Virus record (IMG/VR): IMGVR_UViG_3300044568_002423
DNA length: 64,000 bases
Direction: 5' to 3' (one strand)
Origin: a virus
Positions 37,589 through 58,160 of this stretch are shown piece by piece. The notes below the pieces were generated by a model. The model made no database searches. It worked only from the letters and a program-made list of their open reading frames with translations, and had not been told where the DNA came from. The position numbers and the translations under genes were made by a program. How positions within the stretch are numbered: position 1 is the first letter of the stretch; every line of letters begins with the position of its first letter.

Positions 37589-40041
37589 ATTGTTATCCTA
37601 TCGTTTTTAAATACAAGATATTTATCGCTTGTATCACCATCGACCGCATCTATTATAAATCGGTCGGTGGTGTAATCCAACATCTTAAAATCAAATCCAC
37701 TATACTTGATATTTAAGATAATATCATCAGCCATCCCAACTTTGCAATAACAAAGAGGAACAGCTAAGGTAAACCCTAATTCTGTTTTCGTTCCTGGTTG
37801 AATTGATCTCATCCATAATGGCAAATAATTTCGCTCTGTTTCTCCTACCATCTTCAATCTATCTCGCCAATTTGAAATACTATTTGGGAAATACGTATTG
37901 GGATTTGGATTTGACACCATATAACCACGGCTATCTACAGTTACTAACGGGTTTGGTCTAGGCGCAGCCGGGGCACTTTTAGAGAGTTCATCAAGGGTCC
38001 GGCTCCATAAAGAAGTACTATTATCAACAGTCACCACTGGGGTTTGTAAACCTCGTGTAATCTCCATCGGCAACCTTTTGTTGTTTGGTTCTAATGGATC
38101 AATCATTTCAATGTATATCACTTCATATATTTGATCAGTCGTTCCAGTATTAACAGCAGTTGCTTTTTTAACTGTTCCAAATTGAAATCTTTTTCTTTTA
38201 TGATTAAGTCCCATTGCTCCTACATACTTAGCAGCGTCAGTCGTCTCTATTCCAGCATATACCACCATAGATAATTCTGTCTGTACACCGAAGTTTGAAT
38301 CATTAAGCCTGTATATGCTAGCAGAAGTAAATATCGAATTGTCATTGATGAAATTCTTCCACATATCACGTTGAGAAATTTTCAGTAATGGCTTTGTTCT
38401 TATATTACTATAAGCAATTTGATTCGGGGTAGCTACCAGTATGGTGAATGTACGCTCGATCGCACTGTATCCACTACGATCACGTGCCTCAATGGTGACG
38501 TTGTATAATCTATCAAATGAAATATTACCGCCATCAAACACGGTAGTATTCATAGTGTAATCAAACGTTGTCAGACCGACCGTATTTGTTAAATTATTAG
38601 AAAACTGATTAACAGTTCCAATAATTTCGCCATCTAACGCTAATGTTAACCCATTTGGCAAGCTACCGGCGGTTATTTTATATAACATAACTGCATTTGT
38701 TATTGTACTGGTAGCTTGTACTTTTAGGTTCACGACATAATTTGCATTAATAGATCCTAAATCTGCTGGAGTATTCCACGTAAGAACACTGTCTATTTCC
38801 CCAACCAATTGAACTGTGAATGTCCTAGGAGTATACGCTGAATCTACCCCATCATCACTAAATCTAGTAGCAATTATTGTAAATCTATATGTTTCAGTAA
38901 TAGCCGGTTGATACGGAATTCTACCATATACCTCCGCCGTATCGTAATCAAATGTCATTCCAGGAGGAAACCCATATACTCCCCATTTAGTGGTGTCTAT
39001 AGATAACCCAGAAGTATGTGCCGATATACAGATATATGTTTTATCACCCGCTACTATCAAATCATTAATAGCATACGATGTCAACGGTAGCCACTCCTGG
39101 GTAGCTTCGGCCACACTAAATGTCACTAAATCATTTTTATCATAAGTATCTAAGAATAGTACAAGATAGTTGTTAGCTCTATATAATCCCAAATAACTTT
39201 TGGTGACCCATATGGGCGCTCGTAAATAGGACACGTCTGCAGTAAATATACCCGTAGTGGTGATCATGGTCGCATTATCGGCTCTAAAGTAATCATCGCC
39301 TACTACAAATATACTAAATGTACGTTTGGCTATTGAATCGCCGTCTGTGATTGTAATTGTAAATTGATAATTTCTGTTAAGTTTCTTTGGTCTAAATGCA
39401 GGTAAACTAAAATCAAAATCTACGGTATCGTATATATAACTGTCGTATCCGTTAGTTGACCGTAAACCAAAGTCATATGCCACTACATCGTAGTAACCAG
39501 TATCGTAATTCCCATTTCCGTCCTCGGGTTTTATAGAAATTACTGGTTTTACAAACCCAACTAACCTACCATCTTCAGTTAGAGTCAACCCGGGCGGTAA
39601 TTCACCTTCATCGTCGGCTATAAAAAAACTTAAATGTTGTCCGGTTGCGGTATCATAATCAAATGCTTCTATTTGGTATTCGACATATGTACTATCTAGG
39701 ACAAAATATTGTCTATATAGACCAATGTCCAAGTTTCCTGCTGCGGTGGTAAATGTTGGAGCATCAGCACCTTCAATAGTTATATCAAATGTCCTGTCAG
39801 AAATTTCAAAATTCCTAGTAGCTCTTATACAGAATGAAAAAATAGTCTCTCTTGAAACTTCAAATGGCGTACCAATTATATGATTTCCATTAATTCTAAG
39901 TCCTGGCGGAAGCTCTCCGGAAATAACAGAATATGAAACATCAGTATCATTCTCTACTGGTAATAACTGATTAAAATTACTACGTTCTTGAAATATACCA
40001 AATGAATATCCGGATCGTTGTGTCCATACCGTCAATGCCAT
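37585..40041 (-). CDS. Baseplate wedge-like structural protein with Ig-like repeats
   Basis: Repeated G.LP.GL.L...G.I.G (putative Ig) motifs; CBM5/12-like W...Y segment. Confidence 0.6.
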   Translation of the reverse strand: MALTVWTQRSGYSFGIFQERSNFNQLLPVENDTDVSYSVISGELPPGLRINGNHIIGTPFEVSRETIFSFCIRATRNFEISDRTFDITIEGADAPTFTTAAGNLDIGLYRQYFVLDSTYVEYQIEAFDYDTATGQHLSFFIADDEGELPPGLTLTEDGRLVGFVKPVISIKPEDGNGNYDTGYYDVVAYDFGLRSTNGYDSYIYDTVDFDFSLPAFRPKKLNRNYQFTITITDGDSIAKRTFSIFVVGDDYFRADNATMITTTGIFTADVSYLRAPIWVTKSYLGLYRANNYLVLFLDTYDKNDLVTFSVAEATQEWLPLTSYAINDLIVAGDKTYICISAHTSGLSIDTTKWGVYGFPPGMTFDYDTAEVYGRIPYQPAITETYRFTIIATRFSDDGVDSAYTPRTFTVQLVGEIDSVLTWNTPADLGSINANYVVNLKVQATSTITNAVMLYKITAGSLPNGLTLALDGEIIGTVNQFSNNLTNTVGLTTFDYTMNTTVFDGGNISFDRLYNVTIEARDRSGYSAIERTFTILVATPNQIAYSNIRTKPLLKISQRDMWKNFINDNSIFTSASIYRLNDSNFGVQTELSMVVYAGIETTDAAKYVGAMGLNHKRKRFQFGTVKKATAVNTGTTDQIYEVIYIEMIDPLEPNNKRLPMEITRGLQTPVVTVDNSTSLWSRTLDELSKSAPAAPRPNPLVTVDSRGYMVSNPNPNTYFPNSISNWRDRLKMVGETERNYLPLWMRSIQPGTKTELGFTLAVPLCYCKVGMADDIILNIKYSGFDFKMLDYTTDRFIIDAVDGDTSDKYLVFKNDRITI

Positions 40042-40052
40042 TCTAATTCCCG

Positions 40053-40616
40053 TTAATCAACTTCTGGGACAAATAACCCAAAATTGATATTGTTATTGTT
40101 TGGATCTAAAAAAACCCCCATATCAAGTATGTATCCACCCTCATTTAGATCATATCCGGTTGGTGTTAGAAAATACCCCATATTAATTGATAGGTTGTTC
40201 GATTCGAAAATTAATGCCACCAATGAATTTAATAATGGTATATCTACATTCCATATTTTGGATTCCACACCTCCACCATCAATGGCCTTTATAGTATAAC
40301 CATTAAGACCTAAATCACCACCAAGCATTGGCGCGGTATCTTCTTCAACTCTAGTTACCGCATGTAAATCCACCATAGTGGCAGATGATGTAATGGTGAC
40401 GCTAGCATCCATACTAGTAAGTGTTTTAAACTCTAAATATGGATCAGTAGCATTTTTCTGTGCAAAAATATGCGTACCTGTACCGAGGTTTGTGCCGTTT
40501 GTTACCTCAAATCTAAGTACGTCAAAGTTAGCATTAACTTTTTCAAATGCGGTTCTTAGATCGTCCCCAGTGCCATCATTTGCATAGCTACCTAAATTAA
40601 TTGTCTGTATCGTCAT
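40053..40616 (-). CDS. Baseplate/tail protein with T4 gp9/gp10-like N-terminus
   Basis: INLGSYANDGTGDDLRTAFEKVNANF. Confidence 0.7.
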   Translation of the reverse strand: MTIQTINLGSYANDGTGDDLRTAFEKVNANFDVLRFEVTNGTNLGTGTHIFAQKNATDPYLEFKTLTSMDASVTITSSATMVDLHAVTRVEEDTAPMLGGDLGLNGYTIKAIDGGGVESKIWNVDIPLLNSLVALIFESNNLSINMGYFLTPTGYDLNEGGYILDMGVFLDPNNNNINFGLFVPEVD

Positions 40617-40635
40617 TATAATTCCTTCTTATTAG

Positions 40636-40643
40636 TATTTATC
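40636..40643 (-). promoter_or_regulatory. Late promoter GATAAATA
   Basis: Intergenic, about 20 nt before ATG. Confidence 0.65.
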
Positions 40644-40711
40644 AAGGATTACTAACCGTAGCGATTAGCCAAAGTATACTCTATATTAATTATTGCTAAT
40701 TATGCCCCAGT

Positions 40712-41091
40712 TCATCCGCCCAATGCCTTAACTGCTGCTGCTAATCTGTCGATAGCTACCTGTATTGTAGTAGGAGGAGTTCCTGACCAATCACTCGCAG
40801 TTGTTGGAGAATATGATACTGTTCCGCCAGTAGGCACTGGGCTAGCATCAACCCAACTAGCGTCGAAATATATGTAAAGTCTACCACTGGCAGTGTCGTA
40901 CCATAGGTCACCAGGAACTGGGATGCTTGGTGGCGTAACCCCTTCAGTTACATTTGCGCCACCACCGCCGCCTGCTTCTATTGATGCGTATAATTCTGTA
41001 AAGTTTTGATTTACTTTGTTGAAAGCAGAGCGGATTGGATCTCCGCTCTTATCATTTGGTGAAATACCTATGTTAATTACTTGCTTTGCCA

Positions 41092-41092
<1 letters not shown>
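40712..41092 (-). CDS. Small tail protein with gp9/gp10-like N-terminus
   Basis: INIG..PND.SGD.IR.AF.KVN.NF; P..GDLWYD motif. Confidence 0.7.
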
Positions 41093-51513
<10,421 letters not shown>

Positions 51514-51532
51514 TCAAATCTGATTGTTATGG

Positions 51533-51569
51533 TATTTATCAATAGGGTTTTGTAATCTTAATGTAAATA
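51533..51569. promoter_or_regulatory. Divergent late promoters
   Basis: GATAAATA (-) 51533-51540 and TGTAAATA (+) 51562-51569. Confidence 0.6.
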
Positions 51570-51573
51570 CAAT

Positions 51574-51861
51574 ATGTTTATAAAACAAGATTACGTATCT
51601 ACTGAATATCAACGAATGAGTAAATTAGGAATAATACATACTTATTTTCGAAAAAAAGAGATTATTACGTTTAAATGTGATAGTTGTGGGGAGATTTTTA
51701 CTCGTGAAAGAGGCAATATGGCTGCTAAACGAATATCTAACAATTTCTATCACGTATGTAATAACTGCGATGTTAAGAGATTTGCGCAACAAAAAGGTGT
51801 AGAAAATAAACATGTATGGGATTTACCAGTAAGTAGTCTTAAGACCATAGATCAATTATAA
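51574..51861 (+). CDS. Small Zn-finger protein
   Basis: CDSC...CNNC. Confidence 0.65.
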   Translation: MFIKQDYVSTEYQRMSKLGIIHTYFRKKEIITFKCDSCGEIFTRERGNMAAKRISNNFYHVCNNCDVKRFAQQKGVENKHVWDLPVSSLKTIDQL

Positions 51862-51882
51862 ATAACCAATAGAGGAGATATT

Positions 51883-52227
51883 ATGTTTAAATTTATAAAA
51901 GCATTACTTGGATTTACGGAAGTTGAAACTAAACCAACACCACATTTTAAAAGAGTTAACAAACCAAAAGTACTTGAAGAACCGATTAAGAAACCACGTG
52001 CCAAAAAGATCGCACCAGTAGTAATTGAGGAACCGATTAAGAAACCACGTGCCAAAAAGATCGCACCAGTAGTAATTGAGGAACCGATTAAGAAACCACG
52101 TGCTAAAAAAGTCGTACCAGTAGTAATTGAGGAACCGATTAAGAAACCACGTGCTAAAAAAGTCGTACCAGTAGTAATTGAGGAACCTATTGTTAAAAAA
52201 CGAGGAAGACCAAAAAAATCAGTATAA
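51883..52227 (+). CDS. Basic repetitive (histone H1-like) protein
   Basis: GAGGAG RBS; 17-aa EEPIKKPRAKK repeats; terminal KKRGRPKK AT-hook-like motif. Confidence 0.75.
   Translation: MFKFIKALLGFTEVETKPTPHFKRVNKPKVLEEPIKKPRAKKIAPVVIEEPIKKPRAKKIAPVVIEEPIKKPRAKKVVPVVIEEPIKKPRAKKVVPVVIEEPIVKKRGRPKKSV
51979..52188 (+). repeat. 51-bp tandem repeat, 4 copies plus partial
   Basis: Units start at 51979, 52030, 52081, 52132, 52183; AABB variant pattern. Confidence 0.9.
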
Positions 52228-52228
52228 T

Positions 52229-52253
52229 AAAAAGGGCCTCACGGGCCCTTTTT
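52229..52253. terminator. Bidirectional terminator
   Basis: AAAAAGGGCC-TCACG-GGCCCTTTTT. Confidence 0.8.
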
Positions 52254-52547
52254 TCTATCATCTAGTGAATATATTTCTTCAGTTAATTTTCTAATTGTCA
52301 ATAGCAGTTCCTGAACAAGTACATATTCATCTCGTTGATATTCAATCAGTTTAGTTATAGTATGCATAGTCCAATACCACCAATTATATGATATTATTAT
52401 CATCAATGATATGATCACCCACCAAATCGTTCTAGAATGTAAATTAGTAAACCAATCCCACCAAAATACAAGAATTATCAACCCAGTGAAAACAAAAGAA
52501 CTGGCGAGCATCCATATCTTGCGCTGCCTTATTATTTTTTCATACAC
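52239..52547 (-). CDS. Small membrane protein (2 TM)
   Basis: Two Trp-rich hydrophobic helices. Confidence 0.6.
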   Translation of the reverse strand: MYEKIIRQRKIWMLASSFVFTGLIILVFWWDWFTNLHSRTIWWVIISLMIIISYNWWYWTMHTITKLIEYQRDEYVLVQELLLTIRKLTEEIYSLDDRKKGP

Positions 52548-52549
52548 GG

Positions 52550-54016
52550 TTATTGCCTAGATATTGCCCCGAATGGTAACCATTCCCCTGGAGTTCCATC
52601 CAGTATGCATACCCATCCGATATAACTATTTTCAGTTGGATTTTGGTTCCAACAAATGTCACCCTTCACATAAGTTCCAGTAGTTGGGATACTGGTACTA
52701 TTAATAAACTTCTTATTAGCGAAACTTACATCTCCGCTGACTGATAATCCAACTGTCGGGTCAGGATTGTTAATACCAATCGACATTGGTCCAAATACCT
52801 TGACTGGTATTCGGGTATTTTGTTTGTTTCCTATTACAACTTGGGAAGAATCGGCGTAAAATACATCTGTGTCCTGAACCGATATTGTAATGGTAGTATT
52901 TGATGATATCGTGGAATTTATCTGCAATAGATCGGTAGTCATTAACGAAGAAGTAACCGAAGATAAAGTAGTATGGTTGGCAACCGTTAATGATTCCAAT
53001 ATACCAACTGATGTCAAGGAAGAATGTAGAACAGACTGTCCTAATGTGGAATTATTTAATACAGCGACCCCATTTACCATATATGCCTGGTCAATGCCGA
53101 TGTCAAGTGATTCACTAGTCCATAATCTATCAGGTTCTGGCATCATTACTAATTGTCGAGTATAACCAGAGCCAGTCCATATCAACCCTTTGCCATATAT
53201 GCTTCCATCAACAGCCGCTTTAAATTCCAATGGACTAGATCTTTCCACTCTGGTATCAGTTACAATATTGTCGGCAACGATAGACCCAAATACCCGTAAT
53301 GTAGCGGATTTATTGATTTCATCACCAATCTGTACTTCACCATTATTCTTTATAGTTATTCTTGCGGTATTATCAGTTATGATAGCGACATCATGATTTG
53401 AATATGTACCAATATTTGCCAACCCATATTTTGGACTACCTATAGATATTTCAACATTGTTATCAATGATGCTTATTGAAGAATTTGGTTCATCTGTACC
53501 TATTCCAAGACGATTATATACCGTATTGAAGAATGCAAATTCACCAATATTGGCATCTCCCAATACTGTAAGGGAGTTTAATGACCCAACTGAACGAAGA
53601 TTACTAGAAATGATACTAGAACCTAATGCGTTAGCACTAATAACTTCAGTATTATCAATCTTATAGGAAGAATCTGCGGATAGATCAATATCACTATTAC
53701 ACCATAGTCTATTACCAGTTCGGTATATCAATTGTGTGCTGCCATCCCCATAAGTCCATGAAAATCCCTTGCCATTTAACTCAGCTTCAGTATTAACAGT
53801 CCATTCACCTGGCGTGGCGCTTCCATTCTCGGTAACTATATGTTTAACATTTATGGTATCGGCCGTGATAGTGCCGGCAACTGTTAAATTACTCCGTATA
53901 CTAGTATTCCCAACAATGTCTAATGAACCAGCATGAATTACTGTTCCTTCTAGATATGTTAACGCTAGTTTTGAAATGACGACCTTATCGTCTAATATAT
54001 TAAAAATTTGGCTCAT
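52550..54016 (-). CDS. Virion structural/fibre protein
   Basis: Duplicated GKG..W...S.L.SVG.L.SLTV units; C-terminal GDICWN..P...GWVC...G.PG.W. Confidence 0.65.
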   Translation of the reverse strand: MSQIFNILDDKVVISKLALTYLEGTVIHAGSLDIVGNTSIRSNLTVAGTITADTINVKHIVTENGSATPGEWTVNTEAELNGKGFSWTYGDGSTQLIYRTGNRLWCNSDIDLSADSSYKIDNTEVISANALGSSIISSNLRSVGSLNSLTVLGDANIGEFAFFNTVYNRLGIGTDEPNSSISIIDNNVEISIGSPKYGLANIGTYSNHDVAIITDNTARITIKNNGEVQIGDEINKSATLRVFGSIVADNIVTDTRVERSSPLEFKAAVDGSIYGKGLIWTGSGYTRQLVMMPEPDRLWTSESLDIGIDQAYMVNGVAVLNNSTLGQSVLHSSLTSVGILESLTVANHTTLSSVTSSLMTTDLLQINSTISSNTTITISVQDTDVFYADSSQVVIGNKQNTRIPVKVFGPMSIGINNPDPTVGLSVSGDVSFANKKFINSTSIPTTGTYVKGDICWNQNPTENSYIGWVCILDGTPGEWLPFGAISRQ

Positions 54017-54035
54017 AGTGGGTTCTCTTTTATAG

Positions 54036-54076
54036 TATTTATCCCATGATACTTTAATACCAAAAATCTATAAATA
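54036..54076. promoter_or_regulatory. Divergent late promoters
   Basis: GATAAATA (-) 54036-54043 and TATAAATA (+) 54069-54076. Confidence 0.65.
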
Positions 54077-54097
54077 TGAGATAAGAGGATTTTTTAA

Positions 54098-56278
54098 ATG
54101 TCAGTAGCAATTGCAGATGCATATCGTAATATCATTGTAACCACGGGTTTAATTGGTACCCCAGGGACCACCACATCGACAGAAGTCGGCGGAAGTTTGA
54201 ATATAGATGCTGGATTTGGTATTAGCTTGGTAGCTGATGCTGAAAATAATAAAATCACAATTGTTAATACTGGCAATGGGACCGGCGCGTTAACTACTAT
54301 CACGGATATCAACAGCAATGCTACCTATTACCCTATTTTTACCAGAGCGCCTGGACCGGGTGATATAAATCCAATAACAAGCACATACCAGATGGATTCC
54401 ATGTATTTGGATCAAACAACAACTCCATTAACGTATAACCCATCGACAGGAACTATAACGGTAATAAACCTTGTGTTATCGGGGAATATAGCAATAGGAA
54501 CTGATGCTAATTTCACTGATTGGCCAAATGTTAAAATGGTTAGCAGTCAAGCTGATACTGGACATAGTCACACTTACAATATTGGAGTTGTCGGGGAAGC
54601 CGTTGGAAGCTCTAGTGATAGCAGTAAGTGGGGAGTTGGTATATATGGTAGAGGAAATACTGGGTCTAGTGCGTCTGGATCATCAGCTACTGGTGTTCTT
54701 GGTGATGGAGGAGTATCTAATACTGCTGACATCCAACCGGCAATTGGCGTTCGTGGATATGCAAATGATACACATAGCGGTGGTAGAAACATCGGCCTGT
54801 ATGGTTCAGCAAGTAATTCAGGCGTAAAGAACCTCGCATTGTTAATGGCAGCTGGTGATATAGAAAGTTCTGCTGCGCAAATTTGGACATTAGTCGACAA
54901 TACCGCAAGTGCGTTGAGTATAGATGCCACTGGCAAAACTGGTATATTAAAAATAGTAACAACAGACGCTGCCGAAGGTGTGTCAATGTCCGGAACACTA
55001 TCGGTTACTGGGCATGTTACTGTAGAGGGAATTACCTCCACTGGCGCTACTGGTAGTGGTAAATTTGTATTTGATAACGCACCAACGATTAGTGGTCATC
55101 CAACTATCGAAGGAATTACCTCCACTGGTGCTACTGGTAGTGGTAAATTTGTATTTGATAACGCACCAACGATTAGTGGTCATCCAACTATCGAAGGAAT
55201 TACCTCCACTGGTGCTACTGGTAGTGGTAAATTTGTATTTGATAACGCACCAACGATTAGTGGTCATCCAACTATCGAAGGAATTACCTCCACTGGTGCT
55301 ACTGGTACGGGTAAATTTGTATTTGATACAAGTCCTACCGTTACTGGTATTTCATCAAATACCGTATTAGTAGGAGCAAATGCGAACTTTACAAGATTCC
55401 CCAGTGCTGTAGCAGTTGTCAGTACGGTAGCGGCAAATCAACAAAATGAGACCGGTAATATTGGATTGATTGCAGAGGCAGTTGGTGCTGGGGCAAACAG
55501 AAACGCAGGGTTATATGGGGTTGGTTATACTTCCGGTTCTTTCAGTTGTCAAGGAGTAGTTGGTGAAGGACATGTATCCGCAACTGGAGATACCGCACCA
55601 TCAGTTGGGATCCGTGGATATGCTAATGACACACACGCCGGCGGCACAAACGTTGGTGTATATGCCGATGCTACAGGTTCGGCCATCGCCAACTATGCGT
55701 TATACCTAAACAGTGGTGATATCATTTCAGCTAGTTCTAAAATTTGGACATTAGTTGACAATACAGCATCGGCATTAAGTTTTGATGCTGTAGGCAAAAC
55801 TGGTATTCTTGCTGTCAAAACCACCGATGCCGCAGAAGGCGTAACGATGTCAGGAACACTTTCTGTAACGGGGAACGTTGGGATTGGAGTCGTACCGTCA
55901 GGCACATATAAACTCCAGGTTGCTGGCAGTTTTGCTGCTACTACAAAATCATTCTTAATTGATCATCCCACCAAAGAGGGAATGAAATTACGATATGGTA
56001 GTTTAGAAGGTCCAGAAAATGGTGTTTACATCAGAGGTAGATTGAATGGAAATAATATCATAGAACTACCAGAATATTGGACTAAATTAATAGATGAAGA
56101 TTCCATCACAGTTAATTTAACACCTATTGAAAAACATCAAAAATTATACGTAGTGGATATTGTGGATAATACTGTTATAATTGGTAATGACAATCTACTC
56201 AAAAAAGAAATCAACTGTTTCTATACAGTATTTGCAGAACGTATTGATGTAGAGAAACTTATTGTTGAGATTGAATAA
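54098..56278 (+). CDS. Tail fibre protein with internal duplications
   Basis: Duplicated ~150-aa module, 28-aa tandem repeat, C-terminal KSFLIDHP...SLEGPE domain. Confidence 0.7.
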   Translation: MSVAIADAYRNIIVTTGLIGTPGTTTSTEVGGSLNIDAGFGISLVADAENNKITIVNTGNGTGALTTITDINSNATYYPIFTRAPGPGDINPITSTYQMDSMYLDQTTTPLTYNPSTGTITVINLVLSGNIAIGTDANFTDWPNVKMVSSQADTGHSHTYNIGVVGEAVGSSSDSSKWGVGIYGRGNTGSSASGSSATGVLGDGGVSNTADIQPAIGVRGYANDTHSGGRNIGLYGSASNSGVKNLALLMAAGDIESSAAQIWTLVDNTASALSIDATGKTGILKIVTTDAAEGVSMSGTLSVTGHVTVEGITSTGATGSGKFVFDNAPTISGHPTIEGITSTGATGSGKFVFDNAPTISGHPTIEGITSTGATGSGKFVFDNAPTISGHPTIEGITSTGATGTGKFVFDTSPTVTGISSNTVLVGANANFTRFPSAVAVVSTVAANQQNETGNIGLIAEAVGAGANRNAGLYGVGYTSGSFSCQGVVGEGHVSATGDTAPSVGIRGYANDTHAGGTNVGVYADATGSAIANYALYLNSGDIISASSKIWTLVDNTASALSFDAVGKTGILAVKTTDAAEGVTMSGTLSVTGNVGIGVVPSGTYKLQVAGSFAATTKSFLIDHPTKEGMKLRYGSLEGPENGVYIRGRLNGNNIIELPEYWTKLIDEDSITVNLTPIEKHQKLYVVDIVDNTVIIGNDNLLKKEINCFYTVFAERIDVEKLIVEIE
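55028..55329 (+). repeat. 84-bp in-frame tandem repeat (~3.6 copies)
   Basis: Units at 55028, 55112, 55196, 55280 encoding GITSTGATGSGKFVFDNAPTISGHPTIE. Confidence 0.9.
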
Positions 56279-57006
56279 TGGCAACTAATTATAATTCCAA
56301 AATTATAACTAATGGATTGAGATTATGTTTAGATGCCGCTAATGTAAAAAGTTATCCTGGAACTGGAACAACTTGGTTTGATCAAAGTGGAAATAGTAAT
56401 AATAGCACAATGTATGGGACAGTGCCATATACCACAGTAGGGGGAACTTGTTTTAATTTTGCTACCGTAACAGGTAGTCCTACATCAGCAGCAAGTATGG
56501 GTTTTACATTTGCTTCAAATATGATACCAACAACTGGAAATTTTACACTCACAAGTTGGATTTATAATCCACCAGTATCTGCATCTCAAATTGTATTGTT
56601 TAGTAATGCTGGCGGTGCTGATGGATATAGATATGGTATTTCACTTAGTAATATCTATTATTTAATAAGTGGAGCTAGTAGCGTAGGTTATCAAGAAGGA
56701 TCTATAAATTTTTTATCTACATTAAGTACATCACAGTGGTATCATGTGTCTACTATTTTTAATAGAACTGGCTCGTTAGGTACGCCAACTATATATCTAT
56801 ACCTAAATGGAGTATTTCAAAATAGCATTACTATACCAACATCACAACCAGCATTTACTAATACTGCCCCTGGTATAGTCAGAGCAACTGGTGGTACAAC
56901 TTTATACACCGGAAAACTTGCTAACTTTTTTGCGTATGGAAGAGAATTGACGCCAGATGAAATATTAACTAATTTCAATGCAACTCGTGCGAGATATGGT
57001 ATATGA
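56278..57006 (+). CDS. LamG/concanavalin-A-like domain protein
   Basis: GL.L.LDAAN.KSYPG.GT.W.D.SG, W.HV, LYLNG, NFNA.R.RYGI. Confidence 0.8.
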   Translation: MATNYNSKIITNGLRLCLDAANVKSYPGTGTTWFDQSGNSNNSTMYGTVPYTTVGGTCFNFATVTGSPTSAASMGFTFASNMIPTTGNFTLTSWIYNPPVSASQIVLFSNAGGADGYRYGISLSNIYYLISGASSVGYQEGSINFLSTLSTSQWYHVSTIFNRTGSLGTPTIYLYLNGVFQNSITIPTSQPAFTNTAPGIVRATGGTTLYTGKLANFFAYGRELTPDEILTNFNATRARYGI

Positions 57007-58160
57007 GTCTTAATCATTCTCCATCTATAGTTACTGATGGGTTACAATTTTATTATGATGCAGCTAATAATAAAATTGTAACTACTGGTACTAATCTTGT
57101 ACTATCACCAACCGATATGACAAATGCAACTTATTGGGCAACAGGTGGAGGTAGCCCAGTTATTACAGCAAATGCTACCGTTGCGCCTGATGGAACTAAT
57201 ACCGCATGTTCTCTCATAAATGGGGGATCTATAAGTTTGTGGTATCAAGGATTTACAACTGCCACAATAGGAACAGGTCAACAGTTTTCATCCATATACG
57301 CAAAAGCATATACTAGTAATGTGTTCACATTAAATTCATATTATGGCGGTGATACTGAAGTAAATATCACATTCACCTTAACAGGTAATGGTTCTACTGA
57401 TGCTCCAACCCAATCTATAATTAAATTTGTTGGGAATGGTTGGTATCTTTGCACCATTTTTACACCAGTGAGAGTTAACGGAGGCGGTTCATTTGCGTAT
57501 CGTATCTGGCCTGGTGGTAGAGCAGTCTCAACAACCACTGGTAATTATTTTTGGGGTCCAACTCTTAAAAATAGTTTTACTGATTTAGTTGGTAATAATA
57601 CATTAACACCAAGTGTTCTCGCATATGACTCAGCAAATAATGGTGGAATATCATTTAATGGCACTTCAAGTTATATAATATCTCCAGAAAATGCACTACT
57701 CAATACCCAAACACCTAGTGTTGAAGTTTGGGTTAAAACAAATTCATTAACACAAAATGGGGTATGGTTTGTAAAGGGAAATATAAATGCCCAATATTCC
57801 TTATTTCAAGAGGGTGCTAATATATTGTGGCGCCAAAACGATAGCACTACTATTACCAGTTTAACGGCTCCAATATCAAACATCAATACTACACAATACG
57901 CTCATATTGTAGCAACATATACCAGTGGTGCTAGAAAAATTTATATAAATGGCGTTTTAGTTGCATCCGATACTGCCTCATTTACTATACCTAATGCTGG
58001 CAATGGAGTTTCTATCGGTGTTAGTGGTGGGTATAGCCTTGGTTCTCCAATATATTATTATAATGGTAATATCGCAATAGTAAAGGTATATAACAAAGCA
58101 TTATCAGCAGCAGAAGTAACACAGAATTTCAACGCATTAAGAGGGAGATTTAGCATATGA
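57003..58160 (+). CDS. LamG protein with an inserted jelly-roll/CBM-like domain
   Basis: Same termini as previous gene; insert with APDG, VGNGWY. Confidence 0.75.
   Translation: MSLNHSPSIVTDGLQFYYDAANNKIVTTGTNLVLSPTDMTNATYWATGGGSPVITANATVAPDGTNTACSLINGGSISLWYQGFTTATIGTGQQFSSIYAKAYTSNVFTLNSYYGGDTEVNITFTLTGNGSTDAPTQSIIKFVGNGWYLCTIFTPVRVNGGGSFAYRIWPGGRAVSTTTGNYFWGPTLKNSFTDLVGNNTLTPSVLAYDSANNGGISFNGTSSYIISPENALLNTQTPSVEVWVKTNSLTQNGVWFVKGNINAQYSLFQEGANILWRQNDSTTITSLTAPISNINTTQYAHIVATYTSGARKIYINGVLVASDTASFTIPNAGNGVSIGVSGGYSLGSPIYYYNGNIAIVKVYNKALSAAEVTQNFNALRGRFSI

Noticed and set aside
40620-40711. Intergenic gap as a possible tRNA or ncRNA
   Set aside because: No cloverleaf or T-loop; only a short G-U-rich hairpin and a late promoter
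51979-52188. Regular direct repeats as a CRISPR array
   Set aside because: No unique spacers; in-frame coding tandem repeat (the same applies to 55028-55329 and 59300-60320)
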